Part shown: piece by piece, positions 55,276 to 64,000 of the stretch
Position numbering within the stretch: position 1 is the first letter of the stretch
Layout: every line of letters starts with the position of its first letter
Assembly: GCA_038231255.1 (NCBI GenBank)
Contig: JBBRLR010000010.1
Coordinates: 8,989-72,988 of the forward strand
Source: Thermomicrobiales bacterium
Lineage (GTDB): Bacteria; Chloroflexota; Chloroflexia; Thermomicrobiales; JALYUS01
DNA: 64,000 nt
Direction of reading: 5' to 3'
Made by a program: the position numbers and the translations under genes
The notes under the pieces: model-generated
The model's input: the letters and a program-made list of their open reading frames with translations, nothing else
Databases searched by the model: none
What the model was told of the DNA's origin: nothing

Positions 55276-55848
55276 TCAGATGTTAAGCGCGTACTGCCAG
55301 CCACCTGCTACCCGCTGCCCGCTATGCGCGCGTTCGTGGTCGAGCAGCCAGCGTTTAACGTGGACGCCCCAGGCGTAGCCCGTCAGACTGCCATCGCTGC
55401 CAAGGACGCGGTGGCACGGCACGATGATCGAGACGGGATTGTGCGCGACTGCCCCGCCGACCGCCTGCGCGCCGCCCGGCTGGCCGAGGGCGCGCGCGAG
55501 ATCGCGGTACGTCACGGTGTCGCCGTAGGGAATGGTGAGCAGCGATTCCCAGACCCGCCGCTGGAACGGCGTCCCGACCAGATCGAGGGGCAGATCGAAG
55601 GTTTGACGCGCGCCGCTCAGGTAATAGGTCAGTTGCGCCGTCGCATCCGCGAGCATGCCGGTATCCGGCACGAGCGGCGCGGGGCAATATCGCTGGAGGG
55701 AATCGCGCGCCGCCGTCGTCTCCGCGTGCGCCGCGATGATCAGCGCACAAACCCCCCGCTCCGTCCCCGCCACGAGCATATCGCCGACGGGCATCGGGAC
55801 CGCGACATACGAAACGATGGCCACGTCGCATTTGATACCCTGCATCAT
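55276..55848 (-). CDS. ogt: methylated-DNA--protein-cysteine methyltransferase
   Basis: Active-site motif IIVPCHRV. IPYGDTVTYRDLA helix-turn-wing. Confidence 0.85.
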   Translation of the reverse strand: MMQGIKCDVAIVSYVAVPMPVGDMLVAGTERGVCALIIAAHAETTAARDSLQRYCPAPLVPDTGMLADATAQLTYYLSGARQTFDLPLDLVGTPFQRRVWESLLTIPYGDTVTYRDLARALGQPGGAQAVGGAVAHNPVSIIVPCHRVLGSDGSLTGYAWGVHVKRWLLDHERAHSGQRVAGGWQYALNI

Positions 55849-56435
55849 GGCGCCATGAATAGCGCGTCTGCCCGCAATTCGAGGCCCGGCAGAACGCGCG
55901 AGGGGACAGAATCTTCTCCTCGCGCCAGCGCGATCGCGACATATGTTCCGCGCACAAGCGCGAAAACCGTCGAGGTTTTCGCTTCGGGATCAACGATCCA
56001 GTATTCCTTGACACCGAACCGCGCATATCGTTCGTACTTGACGGTGCGATCATAGCCACGCGTCGAAGGAGATGCGATTTCGATGCACAGATCGGGCGCA
56101 CCGTGCATCCCTTTCACCTCAACGAGCGGCATGCGGTCGTGGGAAATAAAGGCGATATCGGGCTCGAACACGTCGTGCGGACTCAACATTACCGCGAAGG
56201 GGGCGTAAAAGAGACGACCCAGCCCGTGCTGCCGGATATGAGCGCCGAGCAACCACGTTAGTTCGGCGCTCGTCCATTGATGCGCGGTGATCAGCGGCGG
56301 CGACACGATCACCTCCCCGTCAATGATCTCGTAGCGATTGCCATCGTCCGGGAAAGTCTCGTAGTCTTTGTAGGTCAGTTTCGTTCTCGTCGCCACGGTG
56401 TGCCCCCTTGCTGTGCGGGAAGATGTGCGCGCCAT
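55845..56435 (-). CDS. Uma2 (DUF820) family PD-(D/E)xK endonuclease
   Basis: YEIIDGEVIVSPP.., EPDIAFI, PDLCIEIASPST and EYWIVDP, typical of the Uma2 family. Its stop overlaps the ogt start by 4 nt. Confidence 0.8.
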   Translation of the reverse strand: MARTSSRTARGHTVATRTKLTYKDYETFPDDGNRYEIIDGEVIVSPPLITAHQWTSAELTWLLGAHIRQHGLGRLFYAPFAVMLSPHDVFEPDIAFISHDRMPLVEVKGMHGAPDLCIEIASPSTRGYDRTVKYERYARFGVKEYWIVDPEAKTSTVFALVRGTYVAIALARGEDSVPSRVLPGLELRADALFMAP

Positions 56436-56441
56436 TATATC

Positions 56442-57128
56442 TTACGGGCGGGCGGCACGGGCGAGGCGTTGGGCTTCGTTGTGGGCGAGGCGAGAGGGTT
56501 CGGGGAGCTTGGTGCGCACCGCGCTTTGGCGGACGATTTCAACCGCCGCGTCGAGCGTGATGCGGTGGCCGACGGAGGGGAAAACGGGCGCGACGCCGGT
56601 CCGCGTCCTGAGCGCCATCGCGACGACCTCACCCTTGTCCACGAGAGGCGCGACGCTGCCCGCTTCCTCCGCCAGCCCCGCGTATCGCCCGACGAGGATG
56701 GACTTCGCGCAGCCGAGTGTCGGCACATTCACCGCGAGGCCGAGATGGCACGCCAGCCCGAAACGGCGCGGATGAGACCGCCCGTGGCCGTCCGCGATCA
56801 GCACGTCGGGCGCCTGGGGCAATTGTTCCAGCGCGGCGATGGCGGCGGGCAGTTCCCGCCACGAGAGTAGCCCCGGCACGTAGGGATACGCGAGCGGCGC
56901 GTCGGCGGAAACGACGGCAATCAGCGTCAGATCGGGGAAGGTGACGAGCGCCGCGACGCCGATCGCCCGATCCGCGCCGAGGTGGACATCAACGGCGGCA
57001 ATCGTTTCCGTCGGATGCGCCAGCGGCTCTTCCCGCACCAGCGCCGCCCAGACGCGCTGCCGGGCAATCGCCTCGCGCGGCGGCTCGGCGGGATCGGGCA
57101 GGTACGCGGGATTGACCGTGATGCGCAT
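56442..57128 (-). CDS. nfi: endonuclease V
   Basis: From ATG 57128: AAVDVH.., YPYVPGLLSWRELP, LIADGHGRSHPRRFGLACHLG and GCAKS. The ORF-track N-terminal extension runs into a palindromic repeat. Confidence 0.85.
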   Translation of the reverse strand: MRITVNPAYLPDPAEPPREAIARQRVWAALVREEPLAHPTETIAAVDVHLGADRAIGVAALVTFPDLTLIAVVSADAPLAYPYVPGLLSWRELPAAIAALEQLPQAPDVLIADGHGRSHPRRFGLACHLGLAVNVPTLGCAKSILVGRYAGLAEEAGSVAPLVDKGEVVAMALRTRTGVAPVFPSVGHRITLDAAVEIVRQSAVRTKLPEPSRLAHNEAQRLARAARP

Positions 57129-57149
57129 ACGCTTCACCAGACCCAGTGG

Positions 57150-57322
57150 CGTAGGCTGATGAACCTTTACAACGTAACCGGGTAATCGTGGGGCAGCAGG
57201 CTGGAAAGTCTGCCCTACCGGTAGCACCGGCTTTCCAGCCTGTGAAGCCAGTACCCGATCAAGTTTTTAAGATTCATCAGCCTACGTCCCAGTGCGATAC
57301 GAGGAACGGGGACGCAGGCTGA
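57150..57322. repeat. compound nested palindromic element
   Basis: Outer pair gtaggctgatgaa / ttcatcagcctac, inner pair caggctggaaag / ctttccagcctg, and an overlapping pair tcagcctacgtccc / gggacgcaggctga. Confidence 0.6.
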
Positions 57323-57341
57323 AGCCTCCGCTACCGATCTA

Positions 57342-57770
57342 TTACATCCGCCGTTTGCGGTGATAGAACACGATCTGCACGACGGTGATCACGATCATCA
57401 CCAGCACGCTTGCCCGGAAGAGCCAGCCGAAGTCCTTCTGCACCCGAGTTGATTGCCGAAGTTCATGCCGAAGACACCCGTTCAGAATGGAGGTTGGCAA
57501 GAAGATGGCCGCGACGTCCCGCATCGCGTGCTATGCTCCACTTTCGTCTGAAACTATTTCAATGAAAGTGCAGCAGAGCGGCCAATGTGCTCCATAGGAG
57601 AAGGCAATGCTATCGCGCCTGAGTGCCTGACGATTGGCAGCGGCGGTGTTATACTCTCCTTTGTGATGACTGTGACGATCCTGCGACGGCTTTTTGGGGC
57701 GCATGCACGGACACGATGCACGCGGAGCCGGACGGAAATAAGAACAGGTAGATGCGTCGTTGGAATGCAC
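57342..57770 (-). pseudogene. corA-type Mg2+/Co2+ transporter remnant (5'-truncated, with stop and frameshifts)
   Basis: The minus strand reads ..HAMRDVAAIFLPTSILNG, then GVFGMNFGN (the GMN motif) in the +1 frame, then FGWLFRASVLVMIVITVVQIVFYHRKRRM back in the first frame. There is an in-frame stop just upstream (..SDESGA*). Confidence 0.45.
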
Positions 57771-57906
57771 ACACGACAGATAGTGGACAGTCGAAGTCGA
57801 AGTTGGCTATCGCGATGATCGCGCCATGCCATAGCGAAGGCATGGCGAGGTTTGAACACGGGCGACGGGGCGCGTTGCCCCGGACGAGCGGAGCGGAGAT
57901 GAGCGT

Positions 57907-58587
57907 ATGGCTGCGACGGTAGCGCTTTATCGCACGTCAATCGGCAAAAAGACGGTCATGGCGGTGACGGGGATCATCATGTACCTGTTCATGATTCTCC
58001 ATATCTACGGCAACCTGAAGGTCGTCGAGGGGCACGATAAATTCAACGCCTACAGCGACTACATCCGCACCGTCGGCAACCCGATCTTCTTCCGCACCGA
58101 ACTTCTGTGGATCATCCGCGTCGTCCTGCTCGTTTCCGTGATCCTGCACATCGTCGCGGCGGTACAACTGACGCAGCAGAGCGTCGCCAGCCGCCCGGTG
58201 CGCTACGTCAACAAGAAGGATACGGATGCCACCATCGCCTCCCGCACGATGCGCTGGGGCGGCCTCGTGATCTTCTTCTTCATCATCTACCACATCCTCG
58301 ACCTGACGGTTGGCGTCGCCCACACCGGCGCGTACCGGGAGGGCGATGTCTACGGCAATGTCGTCTCCGGTTTCAGCCATTGGTACGTGACGATCTTCTA
58401 CCTTCTCGCGATGCTCGCACTCGGATTTCACCTGTATCACGGCGTTTGGAGCATGTTCCAGACGCTCGGCGTCAATCGCCGCAAGTACAATCGCTTCTTC
58501 CGGGGCCTCGCCCTCGTCTCGGCGGTACTGATCGCCGGGGGCGGTTGCGCCGTTCCGCTCGCCGTCTTGACCGGAATCGTCAGTTAG
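57907..58587 (+). CDS. sdhC: succinate dehydrogenase cytochrome b (b558-type) subunit
   Basis: 226 aa with five TM helices and conserved His residues. Immediately upstream of sdhA and sdhB. Confidence 0.8.
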   Translation: MAATVALYRTSIGKKTVMAVTGIIMYLFMILHIYGNLKVVEGHDKFNAYSDYIRTVGNPIFFRTELLWIIRVVLLVSVILHIVAAVQLTQQSVASRPVRYVNKKDTDATIASRTMRWGGLVIFFFIIYHILDLTVGVAHTGAYREGDVYGNVVSGFSHWYVTIFYLLAMLALGFHLYHGVWSMFQTLGVNRRKYNRFFRGLALVSAVLIAGGGCAVPLAVLTGIVS

Positions 58588-58602
58588 GAAAGTGAATCAG
58601 CG

Positions 58603-60578
58603 ATGGCAACGACAATTGCCCCTCCGACCGTTGACGTTGGCCGCCGCGCACCGGGCGGGCGCGACATCGTGCTGGACGCCAAAATTCCGTCCGGGCCAAT
58701 CGAGCAGAAGTGGGAGAAGCACCAGTTCGAGATGAAACTGGTGAACCCCGCGAACAAGCGGAAGTTCACCATCCTGATCGTCGGTTCCGGCCTCGCGGGC
58801 GCGTCCGCCGCCGCGACGCTGGCCGAACTCGGCTACCACGTCAAGTGCTTCTGCTACCAGGACTCGCCGCGCCGCGCACACAGCATCGCCGCGCAGGGCG
58901 GCATCAACGCCGCTAAGAACTACCGCAACGACGGCGACAGCGTCTATCGCCTCTTCTACGACACCGTCAAGGGCGGCGACTTCCGCTCCCGCGAGGCGAA
59001 TGTCTACCGGCTGGCGCAGATCAGCGTCAACATCATTGACCAGTGCGTCGCGCAGGGCGTCCCCTTCGCGCGCGAGTACGGTGGCCTGCTCGACAACCGC
59101 TCCTTTGGCGGCGCGCAGGTGTCGCGCACCTTCTACGCGCGGGGCCAGACGGGGCAGCAACTGCTGATCGGTGCATACTCGGCGCTGTCGCGGCAGATCG
59201 GCCTCGGCAATGTGGAAATGTATTCACGCCACGAGATGCTCGACCTCGTCGTCGTGGACGGCGTGGCGCGGGGTATCGTCGCGCGCGACCTCGTAACGGG
59301 CGAGACCACGCCGCATGTCGCCGACGCCGTTGTGCTGGCTTCCGGCGGCTATGGCAATGTCTACTACCTTTCGACGAATGCAAAGGGGTGCAACGTCACG
59401 GCAGACTGGCGGGCGTACAAGCATGGCGCATTGTTCGCCAACCCCTGCTACACACAGATTCACCCCACCTGCATTCCGGTGTCGGGCGATCACCAGTCAA
59501 AACTGACGCTGATGAGCGAATCGCTGCGCAACGACGGGCGCGTCTGGGTGCCGACCCGAGCGGGCGACGCACGACCGCCCGCGCAGATACCCGAGAGCGA
59601 GCGCGATTATTTCCTCGAACGGAAGTATCCGAGCTTCGGCAACCTTGTCCCGCGCGATGTCGCCTCCCGCAATGCGAAAGAAGTCTGCGACGAGGGTCGC
59701 GGCGTCGGCCCCGGCGGGCGCGGCGTCTATCTGGATTTCGCGGACGCAATCAAGCGACTCGGGAAGCGCGTCGTCGAGGAGCGGTACGGCAACTTGTTCG
59801 ATATCTACAACAAGATCACCGGCGAGAACTCTTACGCGTCGCCGATGCGCATCTACCCCGCCATCCACTACACGATGGGCGGGCTGTGGGTAGACTACAA
59901 TCTGATGAGCACGATCCCCGGCCTGTTCGTCGCGGGCGAGGCGAACTTCTCCGACCATGGCGCGAACCGCCTCGGCGCGAGCGCGCTGATGCAAGGGCTG
60001 GCGGACGGCTACTTCATCCTGCCCTACACGATTGGCGACTATCTCGCGACCGCCAAACTGCCGAAAGCAGACACGACGCACCCCGCCTTCGCGGAGTCCG
60101 AAGCGGAGGTGAATGCCCGCGTCAAGCGGCTGCTCGGTATTCACGGCAACCGGACGGTGGATTCGTTCCACCGCGAACTCGGTCACATCATGTGGGACAA
60201 CTGCGGCATGGCGCGCACGGACGCCAGCCTCCGGCACGCAATCGCACAGATCGGGGAAGTGCGCGAGGAGTTCTGGCAGAACGTCAATGTGCTCGGCGAG
60301 AACGCGGAACTGAACCAGTCGCTCGAAAAGGCGGGCCGCGTCGCGGACTTCATCGAACTGGGTGAACTGATCTGCACCGATGCGCTCAACCGCACCGAAT
60401 CGTGCGGCGGCCATTTCCGCGAGGAGAGCCAGACGGCGGACGGCGAGGCCCTACGCGATGATGAGCATTTCTCGCACGTTTCGGCCTGGGAGTACACCGG
60501 CGTCGGCAACATCCCCGCGCTGCACAAGGAACCCCTCGAATTCGAGTATGTTCACCCCTCACAACGGAGCTACGTGTA

Positions 60579-60579
<1 letters not shown>
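58603..60579 (+). CDS. sdhA: succinate dehydrogenase / fumarate reductase flavoprotein subunit
   Basis: [23 protein letters not shown] (FAD histidine region) and HYTMGGL. Confidence 0.95.
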
Positions 60580-61409
<830 letters not shown>

Positions 61410-61472
61410 CGAGTATCATCCGTTCGCCAGGCGATCAACACCATGTTCTCTCATCCCCGGAGGTGCTTTGCC

Positions 61473-62174
61473 ATGCAATTCAAGTCGGCAGTCGCCGTCG
61501 CACTGATGACGCTTCTCCTTGCCGCGTGCGGTGGTACAGCCACCACAAGCACGCCGGTCCCGGCGCCGACAGCTGCTGCAAGCAATGGGGGGGCAGCCGA
61601 TGCCTCCGCCTGTCCTACCCCGGTGCCGAGCGGCGCGACGAGCGCCCCGCCCGCCGCGCGCGCGAGCGGGACGATCACGACGATCGCGGGCACGACCTTC
61701 ACGCTTACCCAGCCGGACAAGACCACGCAGCTCGTCATGACCACCCCGAACACGATCTACAACAAGGAAAGTGCATCGAGCGTCGGCGTGATCGGTGCGG
61801 GCGACCTGCTCATGGTCGCGGGGACCACCAGCGGCGACAGCATCACCGCGACGATGATCTTCGACAACGGGACGCAGATGATGCAGCGGCAACGCACCGC
61901 CCTGGCTGCCGGCTGCCCGTTCGTGCCGACCGGTGGCAATTTCACGATCGGCACGGTCACGAAGGCGAATGGGGCGATGCTGACGCTGGCCACGGCGGGA
62001 GGGAAAACGACGACCGTGACGACCGACGGCGCGACTAAAGTCACCCTGCGGCAGATGGCCACTTTCGCGGACCTGAAGATGGGGGATCAAGCGAATGCGA
62101 TGGCGAGCGGCAACGCGACGGCGACCAGCGGGTTCGTCGCGGTGGTCGTGAACGATCAGGGCGTCGCGCAGTAA
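61473..62174 (+). CDS. secreted lipoprotein with two DUF5666-like beta repeats (tentative)
   Basis: ATG 61473 follows GGAGG. Lipobox LLLAAC|GG. Repeated blocks G(T)ITTIAGTTFTLTQ.. and FTIGTVTKANGAMLTLAT.. Confidence 0.55.
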   Translation: MQFKSAVAVALMTLLLAACGGTATTSTPVPAPTAAASNGGAADASACPTPVPSGATSAPPAARASGTITTIAGTTFTLTQPDKTTQLVMTTPNTIYNKESASSVGVIGAGDLLMVAGTTSGDSITATMIFDNGTQMMQRQRTALAAGCPFVPTGGNFTIGTVTKANGAMLTLATAGGKTTTVTTDGATKVTLRQMATFADLKMGDQANAMASGNATATSGFVAVVVNDQGVAQ

Positions 62175-62714
62175 CCGAGAAGACACATGCCCCTATCGCC
62201 CGCCCCGCTTCTTCGGGGTGGGCGATATTCTTTGCCACCATGCGACCTCGCTCCGATACTGAGTTGGACAAAGGATGACCTCGCCACGAGCGGTGATATT
62301 GATAAGATGCATCGTGTATCGCCGCCGACTTTTCCAACGAAGTGGTTCAATGACGTTTCCGATCCGATGTTAAAGCAGTCGCCGCTCGTTCCTCTGAGGA
62401 AATTGCCGATATACAGGGAAACCGACAGCCAGATCGTTCTCAATATCTACACAGACGGGCCAATGGGTACTGAACAGCGAATGATCTTGGATACTGCCTT
62501 ACACACATGGGAGTATGACGGCCACGAAGACGGATTTACTGGAGCGTTTATTGCTTGGCTAGGTTTCCTCTCGTTTAGTGGTACATCAGTACGATGCGCG
62601 GTGGATGTTGAACCACGACGATCCGCTACGGGCATTGCAGGAATACCTCTCGATTCTCGTTGGGGTGACGGTGAAAGAGATCGTTGTCGGGATCGAGGAA
62701 GTTGGATAGATTCA

Positions 62715-62990
62715 ATGGAGGCCGCATCAATGGAAAGAATCGTATCGCGACCGGGTGTGTTGTCGGGCGAACCAACGATCGCGGGAACGCGCATCTCGGT
62801 TCGTACCGTCCTGCTCACCCATTGCGGATACCACGCCGATATGAAAAATATTCTCGACGCGCACGCAACGCTTACCACCGAAGATGTTCAGGCGGCATTG
62901 CAGTACTCTCACGAGCATCGTGACGAGATCAATCAGCACATCGCTGAAAATACCGAAGGCGAGGACATCCCCTACGACGAACTTGGATGA
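62715..62990 (+). CDS. DUF433 domain protein
   Basis: IVSRPGVLSGEPTIAGTRISVRTVLL....TLTTEDVQAALQYSHEH matches the DUF433 pattern. It is the C-terminal part of a longer ORF-track entry whose upstream part looks like a different, frameshifted gene. Confidence 0.65.
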   Translation: MEAASMERIVSRPGVLSGEPTIAGTRISVRTVLLTHCGYHADMKNILDAHATLTTEDVQAALQYSHEHRDEINQHIAENTEGEDIPYDELG

Positions 62991-63658
62991 CGGAGCATTT
63001 GCCACTCACCGCCGTTATCCTCGCGGGGGGGCGGAGCCGGAGGATGGGGACGGACAAGGCGCTACTGCGGCTACCGTCCGGGGGGCCGACGCTGATCGAA
63101 CGGGTCGTGGTGGCGGCGCGGGCGGTGGCGGATGATGTCGTAGTCGTCGCGGAGGATGCGGGACGGTTGCCGCCGATGGACGCGCGCACGGTGCCGGACG
63201 CGATTGCGGGGGCGGGGCCGCTGGCGGGGCTGATCGCGGGGTTTGGGGCGGCGCGGCACGCGGACATCCTCGCGCTCGCTTGCGATCTGCCCTATCTCTC
63301 CGTGCCGCTCCTGGCGTGGATGGCGGCGTTGCCCCGGACGTGGGATGCGCTCGTGCCGTACCGCCCGAATGAAAATGGTAAGGCGGGCTGGGAGCCGCTG
63401 CACGCGATCTATGCCCGCGCCTGCCTCGCCCCGATGCGCGACGCGCTCGACCGGGGCGACCGGCAGGCGACTGCCTTCTTCCCTGCTATCCATGTACAAC
63501 CCCTGACCGCCGCCGAAATGTTTTTGTATGATACCGTCGGCCGTTCGCCTCAGAGCGTCAATACGCCAGATGCGTGGGGCGAAGCCATCCGTTGGCTTGC
63601 GCATGGCTCTGACGCTATACTGCGCACGGGAAATGATGGGGCGAACGACGGAAAGTAG
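62987..63658 (+). CDS. mobA: molybdenum cofactor guanylyltransferase
   Basis: AVILAGGRSRRMGTDKALL and later LACDLPYL. Start overlaps the DUF433 stop by 4 nt. Confidence 0.85.
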   Translation: MTEHLPLTAVILAGGRSRRMGTDKALLRLPSGGPTLIERVVVAARAVADDVVVVAEDAGRLPPMDARTVPDAIAGAGPLAGLIAGFGAARHADILALACDLPYLSVPLLAWMAALPRTWDALVPYRPNENGKAGWEPLHAIYARACLAPMRDALDRGDRQATAFFPAIHVQPLTAAEMFLYDTVGRSPQSVNTPDAWGEAIRWLAHGSDAILRTGNDGANDGK

Positions 63659-63665
63659 GGGAGGG

Positions 63666-63902
63666 GTGGATACGCGTCAGTATCACGTAGTACTGGAATG
63701 GGATCCGCAGGATCAGGTATGGGTGACCTTCGTTCCCGCGCTCAACGACCTTTCTACCTATGGGGAGACGCGAGAAGATGCGCTCGCCAATACACAAGAA
63801 GCCATCGAGGGCTACCTCGAAGCGGCGACAAAGGAAGGGATCGCGATTCCCGCCTATGGCATCGCGCCGGAAGTTGTGCAGGTCGAAGTTGCGGTTCCGT
63901 GA
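63666..63902 (+). CDS. hicB: HicB-family antitoxin
   Basis: GTG 63666 follows GGGGAGGGG. YHVVLEWDPQDQVWVTFVPALNDLSTYGETREDALANTQEAIEGYLE is typical of HicB/UPF0150. Confidence 0.75.
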   Translation: MDTRQYHVVLEWDPQDQVWVTFVPALNDLSTYGETREDALANTQEAIEGYLEAATKEGIAIPAYGIAPEVVQVEVAVP

Positions 63903-64000
63903 CACGACTGCCGAGCGTCAGCGGGAAGTAGGTTGTACAGGCGCTGGAGCGCAATCAGTTCACACGCTCACATGTGCGCGGCAGCCATCACTACCTTCGC
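63899..64000 (+). pseudogene. hicA: hicA toxin gene with an in-frame amber at codon 11 (partial at the window edge)
   Basis: VTRLPSVSGK*VVQALERNQFTRSHVRGSHHYLR.. The TAG at 63929-63931 replaces the usual Glu (GAG) of the SGKE(V/L) HicA motif. The GTG start overlaps the hicB stop. Confidence 0.6.

Overview
A high-G+C bacterial chromosomal segment, about two-thirds G+C by eye. Gene content and repeat style suggest a Chloroflexota-like organism, but that is inference only. All calls come from reading the sequence and ORF track, with no searches run. Repeat and RNA coordinates are good to about +/-3 nt.

Most of the window is housekeeping:
- Envelope and nucleotide genes: a GtrA/GT2/GT-C glycan operon, a YcaQ-like glycosylase, a Baeyer-Villiger monooxygenase, rel, polA, map and parA.
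- Amino-acid and central metabolism: metX behind a SAM-I riboswitch, aroKB, mdh, sdhCAB and moeA/mobA.
- Repair and transport: an nfi-uma2-ogt repair trio, an S8 peptidase, two MFS transporters, a Fe3+-type ABC importer and an Rv1747-like FHA-FHA-ABC exporter.

Accessory content: Phd/RelE and HicB/HicA (hicA carries an in-frame amber) toxin-antitoxin pairs, an EVE-domain gene, a fused MNT-HEPN gene wedged into the ABC importer operon, a corA remnant and a truncated nuclease-like ORF.

The most unusual locus is a ~2.0 kb IS1595-family element at 45245-47251:
- It has 25-bp terminal inverted repeats and an 8-bp target duplication.
- It sits in the loop of a host palindromic repeat.
- Its transposase is frameshifted.
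- Its cargo is two small overlapping ORFs plus a tandem pair of non-canonical tRNA-like genes. One has a CAU anticodon. The other has a leucine-type class II body with a UGG (proline) anticodon.

The window is also rich in at least three families of intergenic palindromic elements. Their arms are built from 7-nt or 9-nt tandem units.
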